From NCBI RefSeq assembly GCF_006345805.1, contig NC_043004.1, positions 50,034,001 through 50,098,000 of the forward strand: a stretch of 64,000 nucleotides of DNA, written 5' to 3'. A program made the translations under genes and the position numbers. The notes under the pieces were generated by a model. It had not been told where the DNA came from. It saw only the letters and a program-made list of their open reading frames with translations, and made no database searches. Shown here piece by piece: positions 1-13,438 of the stretch (the first letter of the stretch is position 1; every line of letters starts with the position of its first letter). Origin of the DNA: Octopus sinensis. Its lineage: Eukaryota.

Positions 1-9
1 ATATATGAA

Positions 10-79
<70 letters not shown>

Positions 80-617
80 TGTGTGTGTGTGTGTGTGCGT
101 GCGTGCGTGTGTGTGTAAATCTACGTAGTAGGCAGCCAAGTATGTCAAGTTTACCTCTTTTACTGTTGATTGAAAATGAGCGATGACCAGCTGTAACCGA
201 TTTTCGACACTTATTGGTTTTTCATTGGTTTTTCATCTGAGGTGTCTATCACTTGACCAGTACCAGAGATGTATGAAGCTAATCCCTCTAACACATCAAA
301 CCTAGTAATTTCACAGAAGTGGGGCGGCTATTTTGCATACAATGGGGTCCGGACAAAACTAACCGAGGACAAAAGCTGTCTCTTGATTATGTGAATGAGA
401 GGAAGCCCATGGAGGGATTTCTAAATGATGTAGGGCACACGGCATCAGGTTGTGGTAAAATGAATTTTAAATGACCCTCAACATTTAATGAGGTTTTCAA
501 TATTGTGTTTGTTTTAATTTTTCAAAAATACGGTATAATGTTCATTTTATTTTGCTCATTTTTGTGATTGGGGTTATTTTATAATTAATGTAATATTTAT
601 AATTTAAAAATTGCTTA

Positions 618-749
618 CTCTTTTACTTGTTTCAGTCATTTAACTGCGGCCATGCTGGAGCACCGCCTTTAATCGAGCAACTCGACCCCGGGACTTATTC
701 TTTGTAAGCCCAGTGCTTATTCTATCGGTCCCTTTGCCGAACGGTAAGT
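618..749 (-). mobile_element. SINE family A, 3' fragment
   Basis: Reverse complement of the family A tail (GATAGAATAAG...GGGGTCGAG...GCCGCAG...GAAACAAGTAAAAGAG). Confidence 0.85.
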
Positions 750-817
750 ACTTGTTTTCTTTCTTTCTTTTTTTGTCCTAGAGTTGTTTTGACTTCCACA
801 CAAGTACTATATATTAA

Positions 818-2200
818 TAGGGTATCTCAAAATAATGTATACACACTTTAATAGGTAACTCACGTTTCATTTCCTTTTAGATTTAACTCAGTACAAATAA
901 TCAAACGAGCCAGGCTAAGCTTTGAACAGAGGAAACTTTAAGTGCAACTGGAAGTTTGATGTCGCAGTCTAAGTGTAAAGATAATTAAGAAGGGAATTTT
1001 AAACGAATCCACCAACGCGGCTTACCATCACGCATATTAGAGATATGCTTGAAGCGATGGAACTGTTCAGAATGTCCACAAGGAACGTTCCGGAAGTTTG
1101 CGGGCACGGACGCACCCCACAAAGCAAGAAAGCATACTAGAGATTTATTGACAGACCTCAAAAACATCTGTGCTGCAAACAAGTTGTGAGATAGGAATGT
1201 CAAAATCAAGCTTCCATCGCAATTTGAAGCGCTGTCATTGAAAAAGCTACATTTCAAGAATAGTCTATGCTCTCTATGAAAATGATTCAGACCAAAGAGT
1301 GGAGTTTTGTGGGTGGTACTCGGCCAGATATATACGCTTATGCACACCCTCCAACAAAGATTTTTGAAATGATGAGGCTACATTTAAACTAAATGGCTTA
1401 ATTAACTGTCACAATCGCACCTGCTAGGGACCTGATAATCTGCATATCACGGATTGCTAATATGGTTTCAAGTTTTGTCACGAGACTAGCAATATCGGGT
1501 GGGGTGGGGGTTCGAGGTGGATAAGTCAATTATATCGACCCCAGTGTTCAACTGGTACCTATTTTGTCGACCCCGAAAGAATGAGAGGCAAAGTCGACCC
1601 CGGCGGCATTTTAACTGAGAACGTAAAGTCTGAAGAAAGGCCGCTAAGCCTTTTTTTTACCGTCACGATAACGGTTCTTCCAGCTTGCCACCTTATTACG
1701 GATTGCTAATTTACCAAGAGTTACAGTATAGTGTGACTCATCGTAAAAAGGGTTAACTGGATCAATCTTTTTTGAGGGCACTGCAACTGATCCCATTTAC
1801 TTGAACTTTCTAAGACATTCAGTCATACCAAGTATTCATAAGGATTTTGAAGATGTGGAGCATAATTTCCTCCACATTTCTATAGTAATGTAAGGACCTG
1901 CTTTGATTAAATTTTGCCAAAAACATGAATTGTACGAAACGGTTCAGTTGAATTCCTTCCGCGTTCATCGGATTTCACACTGCAAAACCTTTTTATGGAC
2001 TTACTTAAAAGGTAATATTTACTGTTAAAAAAATGACAAAATCAACGAACTGAGGGTATCTATTGAAGTGGGATACGCACAGCTATTGAATGACATGTTT
2101 CTTGATGTTTGTGGTTCCATTGCTTCATGTTATGAGCAGGTAGTTGGACTGGAATGCTCATCAATTTGAAGACAGACATTGCGTTCATAAAAAAATTCCT
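818..2200 (+). mobile_element. Degenerate Tc1/mariner (DUF4817-like) transposase remnant, interrupted by a SINE
   Basis: TIR-like start GGGTATCTCAAAATAATGTATACAC. Stop-ridden frame GTVQNVHKERSG...SKSSFHRNLK...ALYENDSDQRVEFCGWY...DEATFKLNGLIN.HN, resuming after 1700 as NLPRVTV.C...G.IFFEGT...YL, with C-terminal HQFED near 2170. Confidence 0.75.
1462..1697 (-). mobile_element. tRNA-derived SINE family B with 13-bp TSD
   Basis: Matches the family B consensus seen elsewhere in the window. Flanked by the direct repeat ACGGATTGCTAAT at 1449-1461 and 1698-1710. Confidence 0.85.
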
Positions 2201-2504
2201 GTCAGTAGATTCTATTAAATTTCAGAATAAAATGTATTTTAATAAACACTGATATTATATACAGCTCAAAGGTTATCGTTTTAACGCCGTTGTCGAGATC
2301 TTGAGCGAATCGTAGAAAGTCCTCGATACGCTTACGGAAAGCGACTTCCAGGTAGGATTCCAAAAGTAGCAGGAACGCTGAGACCGGTGTATTGCTGCGA
2401 AATATGATTATTTCGGAGACGATGTTAAAACTTAGTTAAAAAAATGTTATTTTTCATTAAACATAACTGGTCCGGAAACCTTTTGATACCATTCCGTATA
2501 CATA

Positions 2505-2556
<52 letters not shown>

Positions 2557-2722
2557 TGTGAGAGAGAGAGAGGGGGGGTTTCCGCTAGTTTTGAAACATA
2601 TGTAGCCTGGATTTTATCTACTCCATTCCCTAATTTTTGGATACTTTTTCGCATATACAGCAACCCCAGTTGTTAACCGTGAACTATAAAATAAACGTTT
2701 TTCACCTTACCGAACTTCGATA

Positions 2723-2920
2723 AGGCGTAGGAGTGGCTGTGTGGTAAGTAGCTTGCTTCCCAACCACATGGTTCCGGGTTCAGTCCCACTGCGTGGCATC
2801 TTGGGCGTCTTCTACTATTATTCTACTATAGCCTCGGGCCGACCAAAGCCTTGTGAGTGGATTTGGTAGATAGAAACTGAAAGAAGCCCGTCGTATATAT
2901 GTATATATATATATATATTA

Positions 2921-2967
<47 letters not shown>

Positions 2968-3160
2968 TGTGTTTGTCTCCCTAGCATTGCTTGGCCACCG
3001 ATGCTGGTGTGTTTATGTCGTCGTCACTTAGCGGTTCGGCAAGAGAGACCGATAGAATAAGTACTAGGCTTACAAAGAATAAGTCCTGGGGTCGATTTAC
3101 TCGACTAACGGCGGTGTTCCAGCATGGCCGCAGTCAAATGACTGAAACAAGTTAAAGAGT
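2723..3160 (+). mobile_element. tRNA-derived SINE family A, full length (CORE-SINE/octopus OR-like)
   Basis: Starts AGGCGTAGGAGTGGCTGTGTGGTAAG (A box-like) with GGTTCAGTCCC (B box-like), carries an internal (TA)n(TG)n, and ends GAAACAAGTTAAAGAG. More than 10 related copies occur in the window. The family name is inferred from memory. Confidence 0.9.
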
Positions 3161-4007
3161 AACCTTCTGCGCCGATAGACCACTATTGTTCTAGAAAGTT
3201 ATTTTTAATATCTTCTACGGACTCTTTGAAGCCCACTAACTTCCTAAACATTGGTCGTTGGATCTTACCCATATATATATGTGTGTATTGTGTGTGTGTA
3301 TTGTGTATATATATATATATATATATACGTATGTACGTATGTATGAATGTATACGTGCAGGTATGTATGAATGAATGTATGCATCCAGGTATGCATAAAC
3401 TCTTATACTTGAATGCATTGACATATGTGAGTGTACTTATATAAGGAATTACCTGTATATAATGTGTATATATGAATTCATACATATAGTCGTGACAGAG
3501 AAATTAAAAGTACGTATGTTTGAAGGTATATGTACGTTTGTCTGTAAGTGTGTTTCTCAATATATGTATATGTGTTTGTACGTGTATACACATAATAAAC
3601 GAGAAAATTTGAAATCAAAACAACAAAACAGAAGAAAATCAATAGATATGGAAGTTCCATACTTATATGTTTTATACTCAAAATTATATTTAAGAAGAAA
3701 TAAAACGGAATGTGGAACAAATCAATGCAGTAAAACAATAACATACGACTAACATTGCGTCTTCAAATGTAGGCGAAAATTTCTTTCTACATTTACTTTA
3801 TCACTACGTAAATTAACACCGGTCAAACTTCTACAACTTCAAGTAAAAACTGATTATGCAATTCACAAATTGAAGGCTAAATCAGTACAATACTTTAATA
3901 TATGTATATATATAAAGATAACATGATTTTGACGTTGGTTGCAACAAATCCCGCTCATCGGTTTTTAAGAATGATGTAGCTGTCTAAAACCGACATCTGT
4001 ACGTTTC

Positions 4008-4066
<59 letters not shown>

Positions 4067-4257
4067 TTCTGCTATAGGTACAAGGCCTGAAATTTATAGG
4101 GAGTGGGTAAGTCGATCACATTGATCCCGGTACTTGACTGGTAATTAGATGAAAGGAAAAGCCGACCTCGGCAGAATTTGAATTCTGATCGGGAAAACGA
4201 ACGAAATACTGCTAAGCACTTCGGCGGGTGTACTAACGATCCTGCCAGGTCAGCGCC

Positions 4258-4259
<2 letters not shown>
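4067..4259 (-). mobile_element. SINE family B embedded in (TAA)n
   Basis: Reverse complement of AAGGCG...GGCAGGATCGTTAG...TCAAATTCTGCCGAGGTCGGC...TTTCATC. (TAA)n on both sides. Confidence 0.85.
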
Positions 4260-4318
<59 letters not shown>

Positions 4319-5084
4319 TGATGATGATGACGATGATGATGATGATGATGATGACGACGACGAAGACAACAACAACAACAACAATAATAATAATAGTTAT
4401 TATTATTACTATTATTACTATAAGCTTGAATACCAAAATTTCAGCGTGATGGAATTTAAAACCAGAACTTAAAGCAATGTAACTAAACATTTCAAGGTAT
4501 TTCATTTGACACTCTGCGAAGTCTGTTAGTTTATAGTTTCTTTAGAAGAATAACAGGAGAAATATAATAAGATAGACAAGGCAGTAAATATTGACGTAAA
4601 TTTTACCTGAAGATAATTATAACTAATGATGTCTACACAACGAAATTTGTAAGAACTGAGTTTGTTATTTTACTAGTAGTGCTCCTCTCCACCCTTTCAA
4701 TATACATAAGGGGAATAGGGGAACCGGTCTAATACGAGCCTTCTGGTTCGTTAGGTTGGAGCTTCTCCCCGTTTCCATTGACGTGTAGGACACTGATACT
4801 ACCTTTCCCCATAGTGAATGGGCTGCATGGTTACTCTCTCCCCTCAGCTATTACTCTTTACCCTCAGAGGTACTCATTTTTAGCGGTGTAGACTGGAGTA
4901 ACATGAAATGTAGTGTTTCTCTGATGAACGTAACACAATACTTAGCTTGGGATTCAAAACGACGAATAAATGATCAAGAGTCCAACATTCTTCACTTTTT
5001 GCCCAGACACCTTCGCTATATATACGGTACATGCATGCATACAAATATATGTACATATATTCGTTCATATGCGTATGTGTGTGT

Positions 5085-5271
5085 ATTTGTGAGTGTATGT
5101 GTGTGTATGCGCGCGTGTGTGTGTGTATGCATGTGTGTATGTGTGTATGTGTGTGTGTATGCATGTGTGTATGTGTGTGTATGCGCGCGTGTGTGTGTGT
5201 ATGCATGTGTGTATGTGTGTATGTGTGTGTATGCATGTGTGTATGTGTGTGTATGCGCGCGTGTGTGTATG

Positions 5272-5303
<32 letters not shown>

Positions 5304-5317
5304 TATACATATTATAT

Positions 5318-5351
<34 letters not shown>

Positions 5352-5400
5352 CTTATATATATACATATATATATATACATATATATATATACATATATAT

Positions 5401-5469
<69 letters not shown>

Positions 5470-5493
5470 TAATATATATATATATATATATTA

Positions 5494-5542
<49 letters not shown>

Positions 5543-5560
5543 ATATATGTATGTATGTAT
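5085..5560. repeat. Compound (TG)-rich minisatellite and (TA)n microsatellite
   Basis: Repeated GTGTGTATGCGCGCGTGTG/GTATGCATGTGT units, then imperfect (TA)n. Confidence 0.95.
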
Positions 5561-6098
5561 GCATGTATTATTAACCATAATAATTATTCCCGAAGAATCC
5601 TAACATGTCAGCTAAATGTCGCCGCTTTGATGATAATTTAATTAAAAGAATTAAAATTAATATTCTAAAAGTGTGCAGTTTTCTAAATGAAGCGCGAATC
5701 TTAAAATATGTAATCGCAATTTGCAACTTATACAAACTGTTGTGAGGGCAAGAAAAGACAATATATGTTATGATAAAGGAGAGAAATATTAATATATAAT
5801 ATTTGATATTCTAGAATTTTAAAATTTGTGATAGCATACAAAGTATTTGGGGTAACTTTTCCTATACTATTTCCAGAAGATAGCACTAAAAATACTTTTG
5901 AACTTGGTAACAAAATTATTAGCATAGCAATAGCTCCTTTCTTAAAAATCTTTTCAAGTTCATCTTTGCTTGCTTAATGAGTATACGAATTCGTTCGTAT
6001 TTTCACCTAAAAAGAAACCTGATGTTATGCATTTACAATAGCAGAAAATTTTATCCCAGGCCGTCTTTGATTCTATTCCCTCTCTATCTATACATTTT

Positions 6099-6132
<34 letters not shown>

Positions 6133-7955
6133 CCTCTCTTTCTTTCTCTCCTAGACACATACATGTATGTATGTATGTATGTGTATATAAAGCAAATATA
6201 AGCTTAATCAAACAATAAAATTGTATAAATTAGATAAATAAGTTAAGAGCTGATATTCTAAATGCTGTATGAAAAATTTTTAATTAATTTTTTTCTCTCA
6301 TAATTGTAGAAAAAGTTATTAGCGACTAATACAAGTAGAGATAATTTCAATAAATTAAGAATTAATCTAGCAAGTTAGTTTACATGTTTAGTGAAAAGAT
6401 AGTCTAACTTTTCTTTGCAAGAGAATAACTATGGACATATGCTTCTATAGTTTTTTCTCATAATTACTGTTGGCATAGTTAGTATGCTAAAAGTCTTCTT
6501 TATCAGTTAGAAAAGATTTCCAGAAATGGCATGAGACATACACGGATTTCTTAGCTAGTCGTAATTTACATAACTAATAAAGAAGCTAAAGGAAATAAGT
6601 CGAAATGATCGGCAATGGTATGTATTTGGATAAGTCACACACACACACACACACCACACACACACACACGTATACATATTAAATAAAATGTACGTTGTGG
6701 ATGCATACATCCATGTACATTTAGACTTATCGGCAATGTCTTACGTCTCGCAGTCAATTACTATACGCAGAGTTAGTGTTTAGAAAGAAGAAACAGACTT
6801 ATAAATAGTTTTAGTGTGTAAAATGAAGACTATTCATGGAAAACTCTTTACACAAAGAAAGATGTTTTATAATAATTGCCCTACAGTGTGGAGTGGGGTG
6901 GATAATTTGTTAGCTTTTTTTTTTCACAAATAAGAGCTTGTCATTGAAATATACTCTGTAGGGAGCAAGGGGACGATAGACGGGGAAAAGATTAATTGAA
7001 GATTAGTCGGCAAGGAGCCACGAAACGGATGAGATACATATTAAGTTCATACAGAATAAAATATTGGGTAACAAAACCCGTTCTTTTGAAAGAAAATAAA
7101 TCCAGATAAGAAACACGATAGGATTACGATCAGATGATGCCGTATTTATCTTAAAACTGCAATCTGAATTCTACACCGTTGTTTTCAGAATAATGTTGAG
7201 CATGAAATCAGAACGCATTTTTCTTCTTTTGTTTTTCTGTCGTAATTTTATTATATTTTTATCTAAATTTTTATTTTATTCTATTTTTTAAGCTTATATT
7301 TTCGATGTAAAAACAAAAAGAATATTGGTTTGTCTTTGTTGTTTTAGTAGCTACCATAATTGTAACTCGGACACAAACATACAACAAAAGTTGGTTGGTT
7401 CTATTATATCACAGACTACTTGTTCAGACATCTTCACGTACAAGTATTGATGAAGTTGTTTTGTTGGAATCGGTAAGTGTGGCCCTTCGCAATAGTAACT
7501 TTTTCGCATGACTGAAACCTGAAATATACAAAGTAATAGTGAACGTAAGAAATAATAAGCGAAGAGAATATTATTTTTCAGGGCTATTCACCTTAATTTT
7601 AAGTGTGTTCATTTACAGTATGCAACACTATGCATACATACAAACAAAAATACCCTGTTGCTGAAAATGTTGCAAATCCAAAGAAGGAGACTTGGATCTA
7701 AGCTAGAAACCAGTTCTCTCTCTGTTGGAAAGAGATCTTGAAATAAAACTGAATAATGACGTACGTACGTACATACATACATACATACATACATACATAC
7801 ATACACATACATACTGAAACTGAAACTGAAAGTTTGTCTCGCAACTCGTCTTTCAAGTCATTGCCATGTTCGGGTAAGAATTGCTCAGCTTCACTAAAAG
7901 CACGATATCCTCTACATATGCTGAGGACTTTTTCTCATTCGCCCAGCATAACCCA

Positions 7956-8016
<61 letters not shown>

Positions 8017-8851
8017 TGTGTGTGTGTGCCTGTGTGTGTGTGTTTGTGTGTGTGAGTGTGTGCGTGTGCGTGTGTGTATGTAATGTAAGAAAGGTAAAGA
8101 TAATGTACAATGGAATATTTTTTACGTAGTGCAGACATTATCTGATGTACACCTGAAACCTCTGGATAGAGTCGATTGTTATGCTTGTTATATCAAATGT
8201 TGACAATGTGCTGTAAGTTTCGCCAGAGACTGCACTGTTCACAACCGTCGTGGATAGCCCAACCAAGAACGAAACTCAGATTATATTAAGAGAACGAGGG
8301 AGAGGGAGGAAGAGGGAGAGAGAGAGAGAAAGACGAAGAAGACAAAGCGATGACAATCTTTATAGCCACTAACATAAGAGGAAAAGTGAATGGCTTTCGT
8401 CAGTGGAAAAAACGTAACTAAAGGTTCGAAGTAAGGAATTTCACCAATGGGAGTCGGAGATACAAACGGGGAAAATTTTTCAGTGATTCACTTCACAATA
8501 CAAGCCTTGCACCAAAAGCAACAAAATGAACGTAAATACAATTGAATGTATTTGGGAATATCAGAGGAAAGCGTTGAGACCAAAGAAGTAGAAATAGAGA
8601 ATAACTTACTTAGTGTGGTATGACAATCCCATCACCGATACACCGTGTACCTCTATATTATACCGGAACAGGAAGAAACCAAATCTGCTGGGCGGTCTAT
8701 ATAGTATGCGAACCTCCACGATTTCCCCTAAGTCTCGAGGAGTAAGGACGACGACGCTTGATCTATAACGATTGGAATGACTGTTTGGCTGGCTGAAAAT
8801 ATTGGAAAAGGTACAATTGACAGGCGCTGGAGGATTGTATTAATCGTGATA

Positions 8852-8928
<77 letters not shown>

Positions 8929-9174
8929 ACACACACACACACACAAACACACACATACATACAGACCAGCTGTGATGGATAATTAACTCTATAAAATTCA
9001 GACAACATATATGTATCCACATATTCATATATAACATACACACGCGCGTGCACACACATAAAAATATATAGATGAATGGCGATGGACAATTAAGTAAATC
9101 ATGATATATATATATATATATATATATATAGTATATAGTATATATAAATCACAGTATGTATGTGTATAATGACT

Positions 9175-9690
9175 AACGCATACATTTCCAAAATTCTCGA
9201 CCGATTTTCACCAAACTTTACACACACATTACTTATGTTCCAAGGATAGTCATGCACTATAACATTTTGCCCAGAGCTCCCACGTAAATGGACGTGAATG
9301 GACATAGTTTCTTTACATGTAGGGTCTTCCATACCTTTAAAATCTTTTTATAGAAGTGAAAGGATTTTGTCTATATATTCATTTCCTCTGACCACCTGCG
9401 ACGGTGATTAAATTGACTAAGAATACTGAACGCATACATTTCCACAATTCTCAACCGATTTTCACCAAACTATACACACACATTGCTTATGTCCCATGGA
9501 TGGTTATGCACTATAATATTTTGCCCTGGGCTCTCACCTAAATGGATGTAAATGGACATAGTCTTTTGTATGTAGGGTCTTCTATTCTTTTTTAATCTTT
9601 TTGTAAAAGTGAAAGGGTTTTGTCTATCTCTTTATTTTGACTGTCCAACTGCGACGGTTATTAAATTGACTAAGAACACTGTACGCAATG
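9175..9690. repeat. Two diverged tandem copies of a ~254-bp unit, Helitron/HINE-like
   Basis: AACGCATACATTTCC at 9175 and 9429. Both copies contain CCGATTTTCACCAAACT, a motif typical of DINE-1/HINE-like elements (established knowledge; classification is inference). Confidence 0.65.
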
Positions 9691-9835
9691 AATATCATAT
9701 CCAATAACAAACAATTTTAATCTCCATATTTAAACTGCATTAAACTTTGGCAAGCTTACCTTTACCTACTCTCTTCTATTTGTTGATACCAACCAATGCG
9801 TTGTATCACTTTAAGGATGCTTATTTACCCATCCG

Positions 9836-10097
9836 TTATGATATTTTGACTGTTATCCATTGTTTTAGCGTTGTCATTCTAGCCTTTTTTAAACAATGAC
9901 ATATGATTCGTCTCAAAGAATCAACCTTTAAATAAGAATTTTGCTTCCAGTAGCGAAAGCTATACGTATCTTTCAGAAAGCCCCATATCAATTTAACTTT
10001 ATGCAGCATTCGCTGTTAGTTTATGCACAGGCCATGTTGGAAGACAGAATAAAAGGGCTTTTGTTAGCTTATCTCTTTGAAGAAGTAGCTCCCTTTG
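9836..10097 (-). pseudogene. Lipase exon 7, remainder of PLAT-like domain, interrupted by two in-frame TAA
   Basis: Acceptor TTATTTTTTTCAACAG|, phase matches exon 6. Translation SKGSYFFKEIS*QKPFYSVFQHGLCIN*QRMLHKVKLIWGFLKDTYSFRYWKQNSYLKVDSL...ITVKIS*. Stops at 10066-10064 and 10018-10016, terminal stop at 9838-9836. Confidence 0.65.
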
Positions 10098-10795
10098 CTG
10101 TTGAAAAAAATAAATTCGCAGAGGGGAAGTTTGAACGTCTTCCTTCAGTTTCCTTCTATCTTTTATGACAATTTCGCTCTCATATAAAACAACTATATTT
10201 TTTAGTCATTATCCGTAATCTATTCCCTAAACACTTCAGTAGCTCTACTTGGCATCGCTTGCAAATTTATAAACATACATACATAATACATACATACATA
10301 CATACATACATAAATACATACATACATAAATACATACATACATACATACATACATACATACATACATACATACATACATACATACATGAGTGGCGCTGGA
10401 GAAGTGAATCATATTATTTGTTCATTTTTGTGAATCACAAATCTACATACATATACAGTCTGACTCTCCGTCGGTTGCGACGACGAGTGTTCCAGTTGAT
10501 TCAATCAACGGAACAGCCTGCTCATGGAATTTACGTGCAGGTAGCTGAGCACTTCGCGGACACATATAACCTTAGCGCAGTTCTCAGAGAGATTCAGTGT
10601 GACATAGAGTGTGAACGAAGCTGGCCCTTTGAAGTACAGGTGCTACTCATTTTTACCAGCTGCGTGTACTGAAGCAACGTAAAATAAATTGCCGTGCTGA
10701 AGGTTCTGATAGCTGATCCACTGTTGTTTAGCCCTAGGGCTGATTCGGTGTAAAACAACAACAACTGTTGACAACGTGTTCAGTTTATAACTCAC

Positions 10796-10904
10796 CTAGG
10801 TAGAATGATCTGTTTTGTTGAACTTTTCAATCCAATAACTTTGATATAAGCACCATGGATGGTATCATTCTGAGCTAGGTACACATCGACGACGTAGTTA
10901 TGTG
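10796..10904 (-). CDS. Lipase exon 6, first strands of PLAT-like domain
   Basis: Acceptor TGTCTGTTTACAG|. Translation AHNYVVDVYLAQNDTIHGAYIKVIGLKSSTKQIILP, which resembles the YKVSVTL..G.I.VSL.G..G.SKQ pattern of pancreatic lipase PLAT. Donor |GTGAGT. Phase 1 to 2. Confidence 0.82.
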
Positions 10905-10974
10905 CTGTAAACAGACAAACAGATAAACCATCATTTAATACCTTAGATTTGTTGTTACAACGAAAACGAATCAT

Positions 10975-11187
10975 AATAGTTTCAAATTTTGGCACAAGGT
11001 CAGCATTCGAAGGTGGGGTTAAGTCGATTACATCGACCCTAGTGCTCAATTGGTACTTATTTTATCGGCCCTCGAAGGATGAAAGGCAAAGGTGACCTCG
11101 GCTGAATTTGAACTAAAAACTTAAAGACGGACGAAATACCACTAAGCACTTTGCCCGGCGTGCTAACGATTCTGCCAGTTGCCGCCT

Positions 11188-11237
<50 letters not shown>

Positions 11238-11281
11238 ACAATAACAACAACAACAACAACAACAATAATAATAATAGTAAT

Positions 11282-11318
<37 letters not shown>

Positions 11319-11326
11319 GTAATAAC

Positions 11327-11396
<70 letters not shown>

Positions 11397-11414
11397 TAAT
11401 AATAATAATAGTAA

Positions 11415-11471
<57 letters not shown>

Positions 11472-11668
11472 TCCTTTTTACTATAGGCACAAGGCCTGAA
11501 ATTTGGGGGAATACTCAGCTGGTACTTATTTCATCGACCCCGAGAGGATAAAATGCAAAGTCGACCTCGGCGGAATTTGAATTCAGAACGGGAAGACGGA
11601 CGAAATAGACGAAATACCGCCAAGCATTTCGTTCGGCGTGCAAACGATTCTGCCAACTCGCAGCCTTA
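10975..11668 (-). mobile_element. Two SINE family B copies separated by a (TAG)n(CAA)n(TAA)n tract
   Basis: Copies at about 10975-11188 and 11470-11668, with the microsatellite at 11189-11469. Confidence 0.85.
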
Positions 11669-11704
11669 ACAACAACAACAACAACAACAATTATAATAAA
11701 AAAT

Positions 11705-13132
11705 CACAACATGCTAAATAGAACTGGATGCGGATACAAATGTTACGGCAAAATAATCACCCACCTTTTATATATGGATGACCTAAAACTATACGCTACA
11801 AATGATAAACAGCTGGAAACACTACTACATACAGTACATGGATTTATCAAAGAAATAGATTTGAAATTTAGATTAGATAAATGTGCCAAAGCAACCCTGA
11901 AAAGAGGAAAACTAGTTAAGAGTAGCAACATCACTCTAGATAGAGCCAATGAGATAAGAGAATTAGGTCAAAGCCAGACATACAAATATTTAGGAATCCA
12001 TGAACTAGATATGATACAACACACACAAATGAAAGAGAAAATAAAGCAAGAATACTATAGACGAGTTAAGTCAATACTAAAAACAGAGCTCAATGCTAAA
12101 AACAAGATAATAGGTATTAACACTTTAGCCGTCCCAGTTATAAGTTACAGCTACAATACCCTTAACTGGACACTAAATGAAGTAACCAAAATAGACAGGA
12201 AAACAAGAAAAATAATGACAAGATCTAGGATGCACCACCCAAAATCTGACTATAAAACAAATGAAATCCAAACTAAAACTAGAACAGCAACGGATAAAAC
12301 GATGGCAAGAAAAGCCCCTTCATGACAAATACTGGGCAAAAGAAATACACAGAGAAAAATCCCAGCAATGGTTGAGAAGCTCAGAACTCAAAGCAGAGAC
12401 TGAAGGATTTTTAATTGCAGCACAAGACCAAAGTCTTCCCACCAGAAATTACCAAAAACATATAATGAAAAGAAACATAACAAGTAACTGCAGAATATGT
12501 GGAGATGGACAAAAAAAAACAAAACAATAAATCATATTATCTCTGGCTGCCCAGTCCTGACTAAGAAGGAATATATTCAGATTTGGGATCTACGTACAAT
12601 GGAAGCTATGCGAACACTATGGAATAATAACAGAAAAAATATGACCAGAAAAGGTCACAGGAAACGAGAAAGCAACCATACTCTGGGATATGCCAATACA
12701 CACAGATGGAGAAATTAAGGCCAATAGGCCAGCTATAGTTGTCAAAGATCATGAAGAAAAAAAAATGTTTTCTAATTGATGTATCAATACCGACAGATGA
12801 CAACGTGTCTCTAAAAGAAATGGAGAAACTCTCAAAATACAAAGACCTGGAAATAGAGGTAACCAGATTGTGGAATCTAAAAACAGAAACAATTCCTATC
12901 ATAGTAGGCGCATTAGGTATGATAAAAAAATATTCAGGCAAATATTCAGGACTTACAAATTTATATAACATAGAGAAAATTGCACTACTGGGCACTGCAC
13001 ACATCCTACGCAAAACGCTTTCAATACAGTAACCATCAGAGCATCACAACAAATCACAGCACATACCCAAGGCACACAGAACTGCGCCCGGTAGTGAAGT
13101 GAAAGCACGCTATAAAAATAAAAATAAAACTA

Positions 13133-13135
<3 letters not shown>
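11705..13135 (+). mobile_element. R4/Dong-type non-LTR retrotransposon, 3' fragment (RT end + restriction-like endonuclease), frameshifted
   Basis: THLLYMDDLKLYA, YKYLGI, ETEGFLIAAQDQSL, CRICG...NHIISGCPVL zinc knuckle, and the RLE motif NRP.IV...LIDVSIP..EKLSKYKDL...PIIVGALG. Ends in (TAA)n at 13138-13203. Confidence 0.88.
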
Positions 13136-13203
<68 letters not shown>

Positions 13204-13216
13204 GATGGATACATAC

Positions 13217-13438
13217 CACAATAAGGAGGAGCTTTCAACGTATTGAGGTAGTAAGTTCCTTTGGGTGTCCTCTTAGACAAGTAGTAACCCATTGTAATAA
13301 ATTCCCCTAATACGCATTGGCCATTTTCAAAATCGGCATCACTGCTACATTTGACGGCTCTGAAACATGTTGAGTTAATGGACTCCATGAACAACTGTAT
13401 GGCCCTACTATGACTACAACCAACATAATTAGTCGCAT
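13217..13438 (-). CDS. Lipase exon 5 with catalytic His (CSHSRA)
   Basis: Acceptor TTTCTTTACCAG|. Translation NATNYVGCSHSRAIQLFMESINSTCFRAVKCSSDADFENGQC...MGYY...YYLNTLKAPPYC. Donor |GTATGT. 222 nt. Confidence 0.95.

Noticed and set aside
985-1347. 120-aa minus-strand ORF
   Set aside because: It is the antisense shadow of the degenerate plus-strand transposase.
2723-2800. tRNA-like A/B boxes at SINE heads as tRNA genes
   Set aside because: They do not form a full cloverleaf and are fixed to SINE bodies in many copies.
4600-4655. CTGAAGA...CGAAA near 4607-4645
   Set aside because: No pairable stem II or III, so it is likely chance in AT-rich DNA.
9941-10168. 75-aa plus-strand ORF
   Set aside because: It is antisense to lipase exon 7 and has no independent support.
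10450-10668. Candidate terminal lipase exon after acceptor TTGCTTCAG (would give PPYC-VHAAGKNE*)
   Set aside because: A better PLAT-like exon with strong splice sites and correct phase lies upstream (10796-10904). From exon 6 this acceptor gives only STRSW*. There is no convincing homology in any frame.
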